In this document: positions 36,410 to 46,000 of the stretch, piece by piece
Layout of the letters: each line of letters starts with the position of its first letter
Numbering within the stretch: position 1 is the stretch's first letter
DNA from: an uncultured Coriobacteriia bacterium
Lineage (GTDB): Bacteria > Actinomycetota > Coriobacteriia > Anaerosomatales > PALSA-660
NCBI GenBank assembly: GCA_903831865.1
Contig: CAIKZH010000156.1
Span: forward strand, 867-64,866
Length of the DNA: 64,000 nt
Direction: 5' to 3'
The notes under the pieces: generated by a model
Databases searched by the model: none
What the model was told of the DNA's origin: nothing
The model's input: only the letters and a program-made list of their open reading frames with translations
Translations under genes and position numbers: made by a program

Positions 36410-39151
36410 CTAGGCAGGCGCGTCGAGGCTGGCAGCGCCGGGGGCCGACAGCAGGCCTCCCGCGCCTGGCTTCGCCGGCAGTGTCGCGCGCGCTGGAGCG
36501 GACCCGCCATTCGCAGCGTCCGGTTGCAGGACGGAGCGCTCCGTGTACTCCCCCAGCGGGAGCGGCCGCCCCACTTCGTAGCCCTGCGCGAAGTCGGCTC
36601 CGAGGCCCTCTATCGTGTCCAGGAGGCCGGGGTTCTCGACCCACTCGGCCACGGTGCGGATGTCCAGTCCCCTGCACATCTCGATGATGGCCCGCACAAA
36701 GTGCATGTCCGGCGAGTCCTCGTTCAGCCCCTTCACGAGAGCGCCATCGATCTTGAGGAAGTCGATCGGAAGGTGCTTGAGGTAGTAGAAGGACGACGCG
36801 CCGGAGCCGAAATCGTCGAGCGAGAAGCGGCAGCCGATCTCCTTGAGGGCGCCTATGAACTTCTGCGCCCGGGCCATGTCGGCGATCGCCGTGGTCTCCG
36901 TGATCTCGATCACGAGTCTGGAGGGCGAGACACGACGGTTGCGCAGCTCCTCGCGGATGATGTCGAGCAGCTCGGGGTCAGAGAACGCCGCACCGGACAC
37001 GTTGATGGCGAAGACCGTGTCACGCCCGGCGGCCCGCTCCTCGCCCAGCATCCGGATCCCACGCCGGGCGACCCATCGGTCGATGTCGCGTATGGCCCCG
37101 AGTCGCTCGGCAGTGGGGATGAACTCGGCCGGCAGGATGATCTCGCCGTTCTCCGCGATCATGCGGAGCAGCAGTTCATACACGGGAACGGCATTGTCAG
37201 CCAGACGCCGCAGGGGCTGCGCATAGAGCTCGAACCGGTCAGCGCGCAGAGCGCGCCTTATCTCCTCGGCCGTCTCTATCTGCTCGGTCATCCGGCTGCG
37301 CCACAGGTCGTCCTTGGTGTACGCGAAGAAGCGGTCGCCCCCCGTCGTCTTGGCCTCGTACATCGCGAGGTCGGCGCAGGCCATCAGCTCATCGCACGTG
37401 GTCCCGTGGTCAGGGAATCGTGCGATGCCGATGCTGGCGCTCACGCTCACCACATGTCCGGCGGCCGCGAATGACGCTTCGGAGAGCATCTCGAGCAACC
37501 TGGACGCGGTCGCCTCAGCCTGCTCCTCGTCAGCGTGCGGCACGAGCATCCCGAACTCGTCTCCGCCCACCCGAGCCACGGTGCAGTAGTCGCGCGAGTT
37601 CGCCTTGATCATCCGGGAGAAGGCGACCAGGAGATCATCTCCTGCCGCGTGGCCCAGCGAATCGTTCACGTTCTTGAAGTTGTCGAGGTCGAACCACAGC
37701 AGCGCCCCGCTTCCACCCAGGCGCTCCACCTCAGACAGCTCTCTCTCGAGCTCCGCTTCGAACTGCCTGCGGTTCGCCAGGCCCGTGAGGGGGTCATGGG
37801 CCGCGAGATAGCTGAGCTGACTGTGCGAACGGTCAAGCTCCAACTGGATCGACAACACCTGCGCGAGCCCATCGGCCAGCGCGACCGACGTCCTGTCGAG
37901 CTTGCGCGGCGAGGTGAAGTAGAACTCGAGTGTGCCGACGGCCCGTCCTCCGACCCTCAGGGGAACGATCACCCCGGCGTTCGAGGAGCACTGCGGGTTG
38001 GAGCAACCGATCTCGCCTCGGCTGCGCAGGACCTCGCGAGCGTCGTTCCTGATGGCGTCGCGCGTCGCGGTCATGCGTATCGGGCTGCCGGCGGGGTGGC
38101 GGTCGATGCCGACGCCAGCGATGCCTACGACCTGCGTCGTGTCGCACAGCACCACGGTATCGGCGGCGCTGTGTTCCAGGATGAGCCGACAGACATCCTC
38201 CGCGGCTCCTGGATTGAGGCCGTCGCGCAGGCGGTCCATCGAGGCACTGGCCGTATCCAGGATCATTTGCGACTGAAGGGCGCGCAGATGGTCGGGAAGC
38301 ACCATGGTGTCGAGCGTCAGCCCCAGACCGACGACGAGGACGAGCCCGAAGATCCCCAGCGCCGTGCCCCCGCTGAGCACAGCCGTACGGGTCAACGTGA
38401 ACGCCGTGCGAGGCTGCGTGACCCCGGCAACAAGGGCCGGCCGGCCGTCCAGCCCGTGCACGGTCGCGTAGGCGGTCAGCGTGTGTGGAGCCAGCGCAGT
38501 GCCCAGGCGACGGTCCCCTTGGCCAGCAGGCCGCAGGGCCAGCGGCAACTGCGTGAGCTTGCTGATGGCCGCAACACGACTTCGTGACAGAAGGTAGCCG
38601 GTCACCAACAGCCCGTCGTAGGGCGCGGAGCCACTGCTGGAGGAGATGGGCTGAACTGCGAGAAGCAGCGAGCCTGCCGGGAGGTGCAGGGCACCGGAGG
38701 CCGCGACGTTCGGGTCTGTCAGGTGCAGCTTCGGAAGGTGCGACGCCAGGTAGGAACCGAGTCCGGCCGGCAGAGGAACACCGCGGCCCGAGACCGGGTC
38801 GACCGCCTTGGAGAACACGATCCTGCCGCTCTTGTCGGCGAAGACCATGAAGTCGACGTCGAGCACGGCCAGGCTGGCATCAGTGAGGTTGTTGCGCACG
38901 TACGCCTGGTTCCGATCCTGCATGAACCGGTACGTGTCGTCCCAAAGTGCCCAGTCGCCTGTGACGAGCGTGAGCTGCTCGGCGCCGTGGTTGATTTGAG
39001 ACGCGACGCGACTCGCGTCCGCCGCGACGTCGCGCTCGTCGATCTGGTTGGAGACCCGGTCCCCCAGCAGGATGCCGCCAGTCTGCAGCGCCGCCCATAG
39101 CACAACGGCGGTCGTCAGCAGTAGCAGAAACGTCCTTGTCCGAACTCCCAC
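36410..39151 (-). CDS. Membrane sensor CHASE4 + LytS-type GAF + GGDEF + EAL protein
   Basis: 913 aa. N-terminal TM helix. CHASE4-like DWALWDDTYRFMQD. GAF-like ...GTLEFYF. GGDEF (VARVGGDEFGML). EAL domain (YELLLRM...EITE...DDFG). Confidence 0.85.
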   Translation of the reverse strand: MGVRTRTFLLLLTTAVVLWAALQTGGILLGDRVSNQIDERDVAADASRVASQINHGAEQLTLVTGDWALWDDTYRFMQDRNQAYVRNNLTDASLAVLDVDFMVFADKSGRIVFSKAVDPVSGRGVPLPAGLGSYLASHLPKLHLTDPNVAASGALHLPAGSLLLAVQPISSSSGSAPYDGLLVTGYLLSRSRVAAISKLTQLPLALRPAGQGDRRLGTALAPHTLTAYATVHGLDGRPALVAGVTQPRTAFTLTRTAVLSGGTALGIFGLVLVVGLGLTLDTMVLPDHLRALQSQMILDTASASMDRLRDGLNPGAAEDVCRLILEHSAADTVVLCDTTQVVGIAGVGIDRHPAGSPIRMTATRDAIRNDAREVLRSRGEIGCSNPQCSSNAGVIVPLRVGGRAVGTLEFYFTSPRKLDRTSVALADGLAQVLSIQLELDRSHSQLSYLAAHDPLTGLANRRQFEAELERELSEVERLGGSGALLWFDLDNFKNVNDSLGHAAGDDLLVAFSRMIKANSRDYCTVARVGGDEFGMLVPHADEEQAEATASRLLEMLSEASFAAAGHVVSVSASIGIARFPDHGTTCDELMACADLAMYEAKTTGGDRFFAYTKDDLWRSRMTEQIETAEEIRRALRADRFELYAQPLRRLADNAVPVYELLLRMIAENGEIILPAEFIPTAERLGAIRDIDRWVARRGIRMLGEERAAGRDTVFAINVSGAAFSDPELLDIIREELRNRRVSPSRLVIEITETTAIADMARAQKFIGALKEIGCRFSLDDFGSGASSFYYLKHLPIDFLKIDGALVKGLNEDSPDMHFVRAIIEMCRGLDIRTVAEWVENPGLLDTIEGLGADFAQGYEVGRPLPLGEYTERSVLQPDAANGGSAPARATLPAKPGAGGLLSAPGAASLDAPA

Positions 39152-39421
39152 GTATTCTCCACATCGACCGGATGCACGACCTAGGGCAGTTATCGGACGA
39201 GACCAGGGTCAGCGTGAGGGGGGACGACCGCGCGGCGCCGAGCGGCGGAGGCACCCGCGAGAGAGAAGAGCCGCGCCGTCGGCAGCGGGGGGGTGCCGAC
39301 TGCCCTGCTCGGCCGGCCCCGGCTCCGCGAGGATGTATCGCGTGCGGTAGGCTGGTCGCGGCAGGACGGCCCGCGATCCGGTGCCTGCGTCGCCGCGTGG
39401 CTCGAGGACGGGAGGTGGACG

Positions 39422-40228
39422 GTGAACCAGGCGTACGTGCACGGCTACGACCCGCGAGAGAACCTTCGCCTGAAGGACCAGGCGGGGACGCTGGCCGATC
39501 TCCTGCACAGTGACACCTCATACCCCGCCGGTTGCGTTGTCCTTGAGGCGGGCTGCGGGGTCGGCGCGCAGACGGCCGAGTTGGCCCGAAGGAGCCCGGG
39601 CGCACGATTCGTCTCGATCGACATCTCCCCCGAGTCTGTGGCCGAGGCCGAGCGGCGTGTGCGGGCTGCGGGCCTTGCCAACACGAGCTTCCAGCAGGCA
39701 GACATCTTCTCGCTGCCGTTCCAGGCCGAGACGTTCGACCACATCTTCGTCTGCTTCACGCTGGAGCATCTCCCGCGGCCGGTCGAGGCGCTGGCGGGGC
39801 TGACAAAGCTCCTCAGGGGCGGCGGCACCCTCACCGCCATCGAGGGCGATCACGGATCGACCTACTTCCACCCCGACAGCGAGGCGGCTCGCGCCGCGAT
39901 CCGTTGTCAGGTCGAGCTGCAACGCGCGGCCGGCGGCAACGCACTGATCGGGCGGCAGCTCTACCCTCTGATGGCGCGAGCGGGACTGGACGCTGTCCGC
40001 GTCTCTCCGCGAACGGTGTACGTGGACTCGAGCAGGCCCGGTCTCGTCGACGGCTTCACCCGCAAGACGTTCACGGCGATGATCGAGGGCGTTCGCCAGT
40101 CCGCGATCGACGCCGGCCTCACGACTGCTGAAGCATTCGACGAGGGCATCCGAGACCTCCACCGAACGGCCGAAGAAGACGGCGTCTTCTGCTACACATT
40201 CTTCAAGGGCGTGGGAACGAAGATCTGA
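39422..40228 (+). CDS. Class I SAM-dependent methyltransferase
   Basis: ORF 39293..40228 trimmed to GTG 39422 (GGAGG upstream). Motif I VLEAGCGVGAQT. Confidence 0.8.
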   Translation: MNQAYVHGYDPRENLRLKDQAGTLADLLHSDTSYPAGCVVLEAGCGVGAQTAELARRSPGARFVSIDISPESVAEAERRVRAAGLANTSFQQADIFSLPFQAETFDHIFVCFTLEHLPRPVEALAGLTKLLRGGGTLTAIEGDHGSTYFHPDSEAARAAIRCQVELQRAAGGNALIGRQLYPLMARAGLDAVRVSPRTVYVDSSRPGLVDGFTRKTFTAMIEGVRQSAIDAGLTTAEAFDEGIRDLHRTAEEDGVFCYTFFKGVGTKI

Positions 40229-40296
40229 CGGGGCGCCGCGGCGCGTCGACCGCTTGCTGGGTTGGGCCGATCGGCCGCGACACGAGAAGGGACATC

Positions 40297-40896
40297 GTGC
40301 CGACAGCGCAGATCCTTCGGGGGATCCCCTCTGAGTTCCTCGCCAAGAGTGCGGACATCCTCGCGGCAGGGTTCCCCTTGAAGATGAGGCACGAACTTCG
40401 GGCCCGCACGCCACGGCAGGCTGCCCTCCTCGTGGAGCAGAGCATCGCGCCGGACCTGGGCTGGGTCGCGCTGGACCCGGGCGGCGACGTCTTGGGTGTG
40501 CTCGGTGTCGACACGGACGGGCTGAGCTTCTTCAACTGGCGTTACCCGATGCTCGCGCGCGAACTGGGACTCCTGAGTGCGATCCCCGCCCGATTCTTCA
40601 CCGCATTGGGGGCGATCACGACGCGACCTGGTAGGGGCCTGTGGCGCATCGAGGTGATCGCCGTGGACGAGCAGGCGCGAGGCGGCGGGGTGGGGACGCG
40701 GCTGCTGCGCACCGCGATCGAGGCCGCTCGGGACACAGGCATGCGGGCGGTCACCCTCGAGGTCGTCGACACCAACGAGCCTGCCCGGGCCCTCTACGAG
40801 CGCCTGGGCTTCAGGTGCGTTCGCACGCAGCGCAGCGGCTGGCTGACGGCCCAGAGCGGCTACCAGGCGATCCGATACATGAGGCTCGACCTGTAG
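40297..40896 (+). CDS. GNAT-family N-acetyltransferase
   Basis: IEVIAVDEQARGGGVGTRLLR...EPARALYERLGF is the acetyl-CoA-binding core. Confidence 0.8.
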   Translation: MPTAQILRGIPSEFLAKSADILAAGFPLKMRHELRARTPRQAALLVEQSIAPDLGWVALDPGGDVLGVLGVDTDGLSFFNWRYPMLARELGLLSAIPARFFTALGAITTRPGRGLWRIEVIAVDEQARGGGVGTRLLRTAIEAARDTGMRAVTLEVVDTNEPARALYERLGFRCVRTQRSGWLTAQSGYQAIRYMRLDL

Positions 40897-41155
40897 GAGC
40901 GCACTCAGGTGCTCTCATCGGCCGCCTTTGCCGCCTTCCAAGAAGGTGCGAACCGGTCAGCTGGCCCGCGCGTCTTAGGAACGTGCGCCCGTCGAGAGGC
41001 GGGGACCGGAGCGGTGGTCGTGCTGATCGCTACTCGATGGACCGTTACCTTTCGGGGCGCCCGGTCGTACTACGCTTAGGTGAGTTCTTCTCGTCCATCG
41101 GGTCGGCGGGCTTTCGCGACAACCGAGCGCGGGGGTCCAGAAGCGGGGGTGCGCC

Positions 41156-42694
41156 ATGAAGCGCCGTATCGTGCCTATCCTCATCGTGGCGTTGTGCGTC
41201 GCGATCCTGCCGGCGGGCGGTGCGCCCGCGATCGCGTCAGCCGCCCCGCATGCCGCCGGCCTTGCGGCAAGCGCATGGCCGATGCTGGGCCACGACCCGA
41301 CCCACTCCTTCACCAGCTCAGTCGCGGGACCCGCGACGCCGCTGAAGAAGTGGGAATCCCCACTCGGGCAGCTCTACAGCCCCTACACCGCGTCTCCCGT
41401 GATCGGGGCGGATGGCACGATCTACATCGCCACCTACTCTCGGCTGTACGCGATCAACCCGGACGGCACACAGAAGTGGCACTGGGTCTCCAAAGACGGA
41501 CTGTACGGCTCGCCCGCGATCGACTCCACCGGCACTGTCTACCTCGGTGGCACGAGTGGTGAGCTCTACGCCGTGAACCCCGACGGCACTCTGAAGTGGA
41601 AGTTCGACACGGGACTGGCAGTGGTGGCCTCCCCGGTGATCGGGACCGACGGCACGATCTATGTCGGCGCCGAGGACGGGCACTTCTACGCCATCAACCC
41701 GGACGGCACCAAGAAGTGGGACTACCTCACTGCCGGCGCCATCGCCTCCTCGGCCGCGATCGACACGACCGGCACGATCTACTTCGGCAGCGGGGACGGC
41801 AAGTTCCATGCGTTGAATCCCGACGGCAGCCAGAAGTGGGTCTTCGCCGCAGCCGGCTCCGCGCAGGGTGCCCCGATACTTGGCAGCGACGGCTCCGTCT
41901 ACTTCGCCGCGACCGACGGCTACTTCTACGCTCTGAACTCGGCCGGGGCGCTGCGGTGGGAAGCGATCGCGGGAAGCGGCTACTACGGCTACTACCCCGG
42001 CCCGTACTACTACCTTGGGACAGCAGCCGGTGCCGTGTCCGCGCTCGCCACAGCGACTCCCTCCATGCTCCTCGTGCCGAACAAGGGCGGCACGAAGCTG
42101 TTGTCGCTGTCTGCCGCCGGCGCCCTGAACTGGTCGTTCGCAGCCACCGATACCGAGTTCTACAACGTGATGCCGCCCGCCATCGACTCGAACGGTGTCG
42201 CCTACACCGGCTCCCTCGGCACCGGCAGGCTCTTCGCGATCAACCCTGACGGCACCGAGAAGTGGCACGCGACACCCGAGCCCCCGGTCTACTATGACTA
42301 CTACTATCCCGTGTCCTCGCCAGTGATCGGTGCGGACGGCACGCTGTACCTGACCGCGCGGGGCGAACTGGTCGCCATCGGCGGCAGCGCCACGTCGGTC
42401 TCGATCCAGGCCAGCAGGAGCACCATCTTCCTGCACAAGTCCGTCGCCTTCTCCGGGTCGGTCACGCCCGGAGTCGCGGGGGACCGTTTCGCGGTCGACG
42501 TGATGCTGCCCGGCAGCCGCAGTTGGACCTACCTCAGCACGCGACTCGCGAGTTCAGTCATCGGCGGTCACGCGAACTGGTCGTACAGCTACACACCGAG
42601 GAAGCGCGGCGCCTACCACTTCCGCGTGAGATTCCTCGGCGATGCGACCGGCGCGATGTCGGTGTCGTCATCGGTGAGAGTTCGAGTGCAGTAG
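41156..42694 (+). CDS. Secreted PQQ-like (BamB-type) beta-propeller repeat protein with C-terminal Ig-like domain
   Basis: Signal peptide. At least seven repeats of G..YA.NPDGT.KW......(S)SPVIG.DGTIY. Confidence 0.8.
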   Translation: MKRRIVPILIVALCVAILPAGGAPAIASAAPHAAGLAASAWPMLGHDPTHSFTSSVAGPATPLKKWESPLGQLYSPYTASPVIGADGTIYIATYSRLYAINPDGTQKWHWVSKDGLYGSPAIDSTGTVYLGGTSGELYAVNPDGTLKWKFDTGLAVVASPVIGTDGTIYVGAEDGHFYAINPDGTKKWDYLTAGAIASSAAIDTTGTIYFGSGDGKFHALNPDGSQKWVFAAAGSAQGAPILGSDGSVYFAATDGYFYALNSAGALRWEAIAGSGYYGYYPGPYYYLGTAAGAVSALATATPSMLLVPNKGGTKLLSLSAAGALNWSFAATDTEFYNVMPPAIDSNGVAYTGSLGTGRLFAINPDGTEKWHATPEPPVYYDYYYPVSSPVIGADGTLYLTARGELVAIGGSATSVSIQASRSTIFLHKSVAFSGSVTPGVAGDRFAVDVMLPGSRSWTYLSTRLASSVIGGHANWSYSYTPRKRGAYHFRVRFLGDATGAMSVSSSVRVRVQ

Positions 42695-42701
42695 CGCTTC
42701 A

Positions 42702-42739
42702 CGGACGAGGGTCGGGTCCAGCCCCCCGGCCCTCGTCCG
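42702..42739. terminator. Bidirectional terminator-like hairpin between convergent genes
   Basis: Perfect 10-bp stem CGGACGAGGG / CCCTCGTCCG with an 18-nt loop. Confidence 0.45.
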
Positions 42740-42772
42740 GACCTCACCCGGATGTGCGCCATGCCGCGCCGC

Positions 42773-43993
42773 TCAGTTCTTGGCGGCAGTCACTTCGTCC
42801 TTGTCCAGGACGGTCACGAACCCGCCGAACAGCCGGCATTCGTCCATCCGGCACGAGTTGACGAACTTCCCGTCGTAGATGGTGATGTCCGGGCAGGAAT
42901 CGCACATGTCCGCTCGCCCGTCCGGCAGTATGTCCGGAGCCTGTATGACGGCGATGCTCTGAATGTAGATCCTCTCGAACAGACTCAGCGGGTGGCGCAG
43001 CAGATACGCGAGTCTGTTCTTCCATGCCTGGCGCAAGGTCCGGTCCCACGGCGCGAGCAGGAAGATCTTGCTGCCGACCTTCGATGCCGAGAGATACGCG
43101 AGGTATCTGCCCGTCCACAGGTGGTGACCGGTCTGCGAGAGTTCCATCGTGCGCTTGCCTATCGAGCCGTAGACCTTGTGCCTGCTGCCCATCTGCGCGC
43201 CGACCAGCCACTTGAACGAGTCGTGCTTCACCGTCCCGCCCAGGTAGGCCGCCGCGTCGTACTCCGGGAACTCCCGGCGCAGCAGCTCGTACACCTGCGG
43301 TGAGGTCACGAACTCCTCATCGAAGGAATCTCGCGTGTAGCTGAGCTTGCTGATGTCGACATCGCGGTCCAGCGCGTCCATGGCCACGCTGTCGTCAAGG
43401 GTGGCGGTGCGGTACGTGATGAAGACCATGCCGTGGACCCGATCGATGTTGGCCTGGCCCCACCTGACCACATCGGGGATCTCAGAGAACGTCGAGGGAT
43501 AGACAGTCGAGTTGAAGATCACGTACATGCCGCCCTCGTCCGCGATCATGTCCGCGTACTTCTGCCGCAACTCGTTGAGCTCGGATTCCGACTTCCCGAT
43601 CCAGCCCGGCCGCTCCTGGTGGCTGTCGATGTGGATGGTGAATCCGGCCACTCCAGCCTTCTTCAGGTCCTTCAGCAACTCGGGGGTGAGCGCCTTCGCG
43701 TTGGTCAGGATGACGGGCTTGACGCCCCTGGTGGCGATGTACGAGACAAGCTCGAGGACGTCGGGGTGGATCAGCGGCTCACCGCCCGCCAGCGAGAAGT
43801 TGTCGGGATTCCGCCACTGGCAGAAGAAGTCGACCTCGTCCTTCATCTGGTCCAGCGTCTTGTGCCCGGTGACGTTCTGGCGATAGCAGCCGTCGCAGTG
43901 GATGTTGCAGATATCGGTGAGTTCCAGCCACGCGATCGGGTTGTCGTTCATCGACCAGGGCAAGCGATACAGCTCACGCTTCTCGGGGCCCAT
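42773..43993 (-). CDS. Radical SAM protein with C-terminal Cys-rich region, function unknown
   Basis: ORF 42773..44401 trimmed to ATG 43993 (GAGGGGG upstream). CxxxCxxC = CNIHCDGC. GGEPL motif. C-terminal CDSCPD...SCRMDEC. Confidence 0.8.
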   Translation of the reverse strand: MGPEKRELYRLPWSMNDNPIAWLELTDICNIHCDGCYRQNVTGHKTLDQMKDEVDFFCQWRNPDNFSLAGGEPLIHPDVLELVSYIATRGVKPVILTNAKALTPELLKDLKKAGVAGFTIHIDSHQERPGWIGKSESELNELRQKYADMIADEGGMYVIFNSTVYPSTFSEIPDVVRWGQANIDRVHGMVFITYRTATLDDSVAMDALDRDVDISKLSYTRDSFDEEFVTSPQVYELLRREFPEYDAAAYLGGTVKHDSFKWLVGAQMGSRHKVYGSIGKRTMELSQTGHHLWTGRYLAYLSASKVGSKIFLLAPWDRTLRQAWKNRLAYLLRHPLSLFERIYIQSIAVIQAPDILPDGRADMCDSCPDITIYDGKFVNSCRMDECRLFGGFVTVLDKDEVTAAKN

Positions 43994-44163
43994 CAGCCAT
44001 TCCCCCTCGCTCAGCGGATCGCCTCCTCTCGAGATGGCCGAAAGCGCCGTCGGGCTTCCCTCGAAGAGCCTTGTCTGCCACACCGTATCCCAAATGGCGC
44101 ACGCTGGGGGCGCGAGAGGCGTTTCCCCCTCGCCGCACGCCCCGCGAGCGGACTTGATAAGGT

Positions 44164-45693
44164 GTGTGCGGGGTGAGGCCGCGTGCAAGCGGCGCGGCTC
44201 TTGCAGCAGTGTCGCTGGCGTTGATGGCCGGACTGCTGCCCGAAGGGCGAGTGAGCGCACTGAGCGACGACAGAGGATTCCCGCGCGGCGGCGCGCGACG
44301 GTCCGACCGCCATGAGGCGAAGCGGGCGCCTGCGAAGCCGCCGCGACCCCTGCGGTCGCCCGTCGATCCCGCAGCACCGCGATCCGAATCTCGGCGCGCA
44401 TGGACCACCTACGACCCCGGGGCCAGACGCCGTCGGCGACTGGGCAGGCTCGCGCTCGTCGGTCTCGTCGTCGCGCTGCTGGCCGTCATCGGCGGAGGTG
44501 CGGCCTTCGCCTGGTACCGCACCATCGACCGCAACATCCACCCGGTCACCGGCTCGCTCGCCAACCTTCAGTCGGCTCTCTCGGTAGCACCGCCGCCGGG
44601 TCAGCCCTTCTACATGGTGATCATGGGCGTGGACACGAGAGCCACCGACACCTCGCTCGATCACTCGGACACGCTGATGGTCGCCTACGTCGATGCCGCC
44701 CGCAAACGCATCACCACGATGTCCATCCCGCGCGACACCCGAGTGACCATCCCGGGCCACGGCGTGCAGAAGATCAACGCGGCCATGTCGATCGGTGGGC
44801 CTCAACTGACGATCGAGACGGTCAGACAACTCACCGGCCTGCCGATCTCGCACTGGGCCTACATCGACTTCAGCGGGTTCAAAACCATCGTGGACGCCGT
44901 GGGCGGCGTCGAACTCTACGTGCCCTACACCATCAACGACCTGGAGGCGTCGGGTAACCATCCGAGCGCCAGGCTGGTCAAGAAGGGGCTGAGGGTGCTC
45001 GACGGTGCGCATGCCCTCACGTTCGTGCGCGCCCGCCATCAGTTCGCGAACCAGGACTACACCCGCATGAAGGACCAGCAGATCTTCATGAAGGCACTCG
45101 CGAAGAAGGTCCTGTCGGTCAATGTCATCAACATGCCGGCGCTCGCCAACAGCATCTCGCAAAACGTGCACACCGACCTGAGCATCCCGCAGATCGTCGG
45201 GCTGGCCCTCAACTTCCGAGGCATGAACGACAAGATGCTGCAGTCGATCACGATGCCGAGCACCCCGCAGACGATCGGCGGGGTGGCCTACGTGATCGCG
45301 GACCCCGCGGGCCTCGCGGCCGATGCGGCCAAGATGCAGAGAGGCGAGCTGTTCGTCGCGGTGCCCGCGAGTGTCACGGCGAACCCGACCGCGGCGTCCG
45401 TCGCTCCTGCCCCCAAGACCATCACGGTCTCGGTGCGCAACGGGGCCGGCGTGAGCGGGATCGCCAAGAAGGTGGCGGCGGCACTGGCGAAGCAGGGCTT
45501 CGTCATCAAGGAGGTGGGCAACATCGGCTCCTCTCCCTTCGCCACCTCACTGGTCATCTATCGCTCGAGTGCCGACAAGGCCAAGGCGGATGTGGTCGCC
45601 AAGGCGTTGCACATCACGAACATCCAGGCTTCGAGCCGCTACACGTTCTCGGGCGAAGTGCTCGTGGTGATCGGCAAGGACTACCGACCGTAG
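44164..45693 (+). CDS. LytR-CpsA-Psr (LCP) family cell-envelope phosphotransferase with LytR_C domain
   Basis: TM anchor. MGVDTR...SDT.M......ITTMSIPRDT...KIN.A...GGP...I..V..LTG.PI.H...IDF.GF. C-terminal ITVSVRNGAGVSGIA. Exact start uncertain. Confidence 0.85.
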   Translation: MCGVRPRASGAALAAVSLALMAGLLPEGRVSALSDDRGFPRGGARRSDRHEAKRAPAKPPRPLRSPVDPAAPRSESRRAWTTYDPGARRRRRLGRLALVGLVVALLAVIGGGAAFAWYRTIDRNIHPVTGSLANLQSALSVAPPPGQPFYMVIMGVDTRATDTSLDHSDTLMVAYVDAARKRITTMSIPRDTRVTIPGHGVQKINAAMSIGGPQLTIETVRQLTGLPISHWAYIDFSGFKTIVDAVGGVELYVPYTINDLEASGNHPSARLVKKGLRVLDGAHALTFVRARHQFANQDYTRMKDQQIFMKALAKKVLSVNVINMPALANSISQNVHTDLSIPQIVGLALNFRGMNDKMLQSITMPSTPQTIGGVAYVIADPAGLAADAAKMQRGELFVAVPASVTANPTAASVAPAPKTITVSVRNGAGVSGIAKKVAAALAKQGFVIKEVGNIGSSPFATSLVIYRSSADKAKADVVAKALHITNIQASSRYTFSGEVLVVIGKDYRP

Positions 45694-45721
45694 CCGCAGC
45701 GCTTCCGGCGGGCGCCGGCGA

Positions 45722-45903
45722 CCTCCATACGTTCTCTACATCCGGGACACGCGGGCGCCACGCGCCCCGGACATGATGTGGATACGGCCGATGTGATCGC
45801 CGTTCATATCTCCCCCCTCCCCGCAGGTCCTATCCGGGACGCCCCTCCCGAAGGACCACCCAAAGCGGCGGGACCCGCCCCGGTCCCGCCGCTTCCCCCT
45901 TTG
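45722..45903. repeat. Copy 2 of the three-copy structured element
   Basis: See 2277-2442. Contains the perfect hairpin GCGGCGGGACC[CGCCCC]GGTCCCGCCGC (45865-45892) followed by TTCCCCCTTTG. Confidence 0.8.
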
Positions 45904-46000
45904 TGCCGTCAGGCGTCCCGCCAGCCAGGAAGTCCGCCAGGCCTGCTTTCAAGTCCGCGCACGACGGTGCATGATCGGTGGGTGTCCGAAGGAGGCGCGC

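Noticed and set aside
42691-42700. Third occurrence of GTAGCGCTTC, the 10-nt core of the 28-bp direct repeat, at the end of the beta-propeller gene.
   Set aside because: Only 10 nt match and the sequence overlaps a stop codon. A chance match of this length is plausible in 128 kb of two-strand sequence.
43994-44401. Long N-terminal extensions offered by the ORF track. Examples are the radical SAM gene to 44401, the GT2 gene to 59021, the PlsY-like gene to 58362, the PAS-GGDEF gene to 35360, the FIST gene to 36510 and the MFS gene from 47265.
   Set aside because: The extensions are Arg/Pro/Ser-rich with poor coding bias and overlap neighbouring genes. Internal starts have Shine-Dalgarno sequences and give family-typical N-termini.
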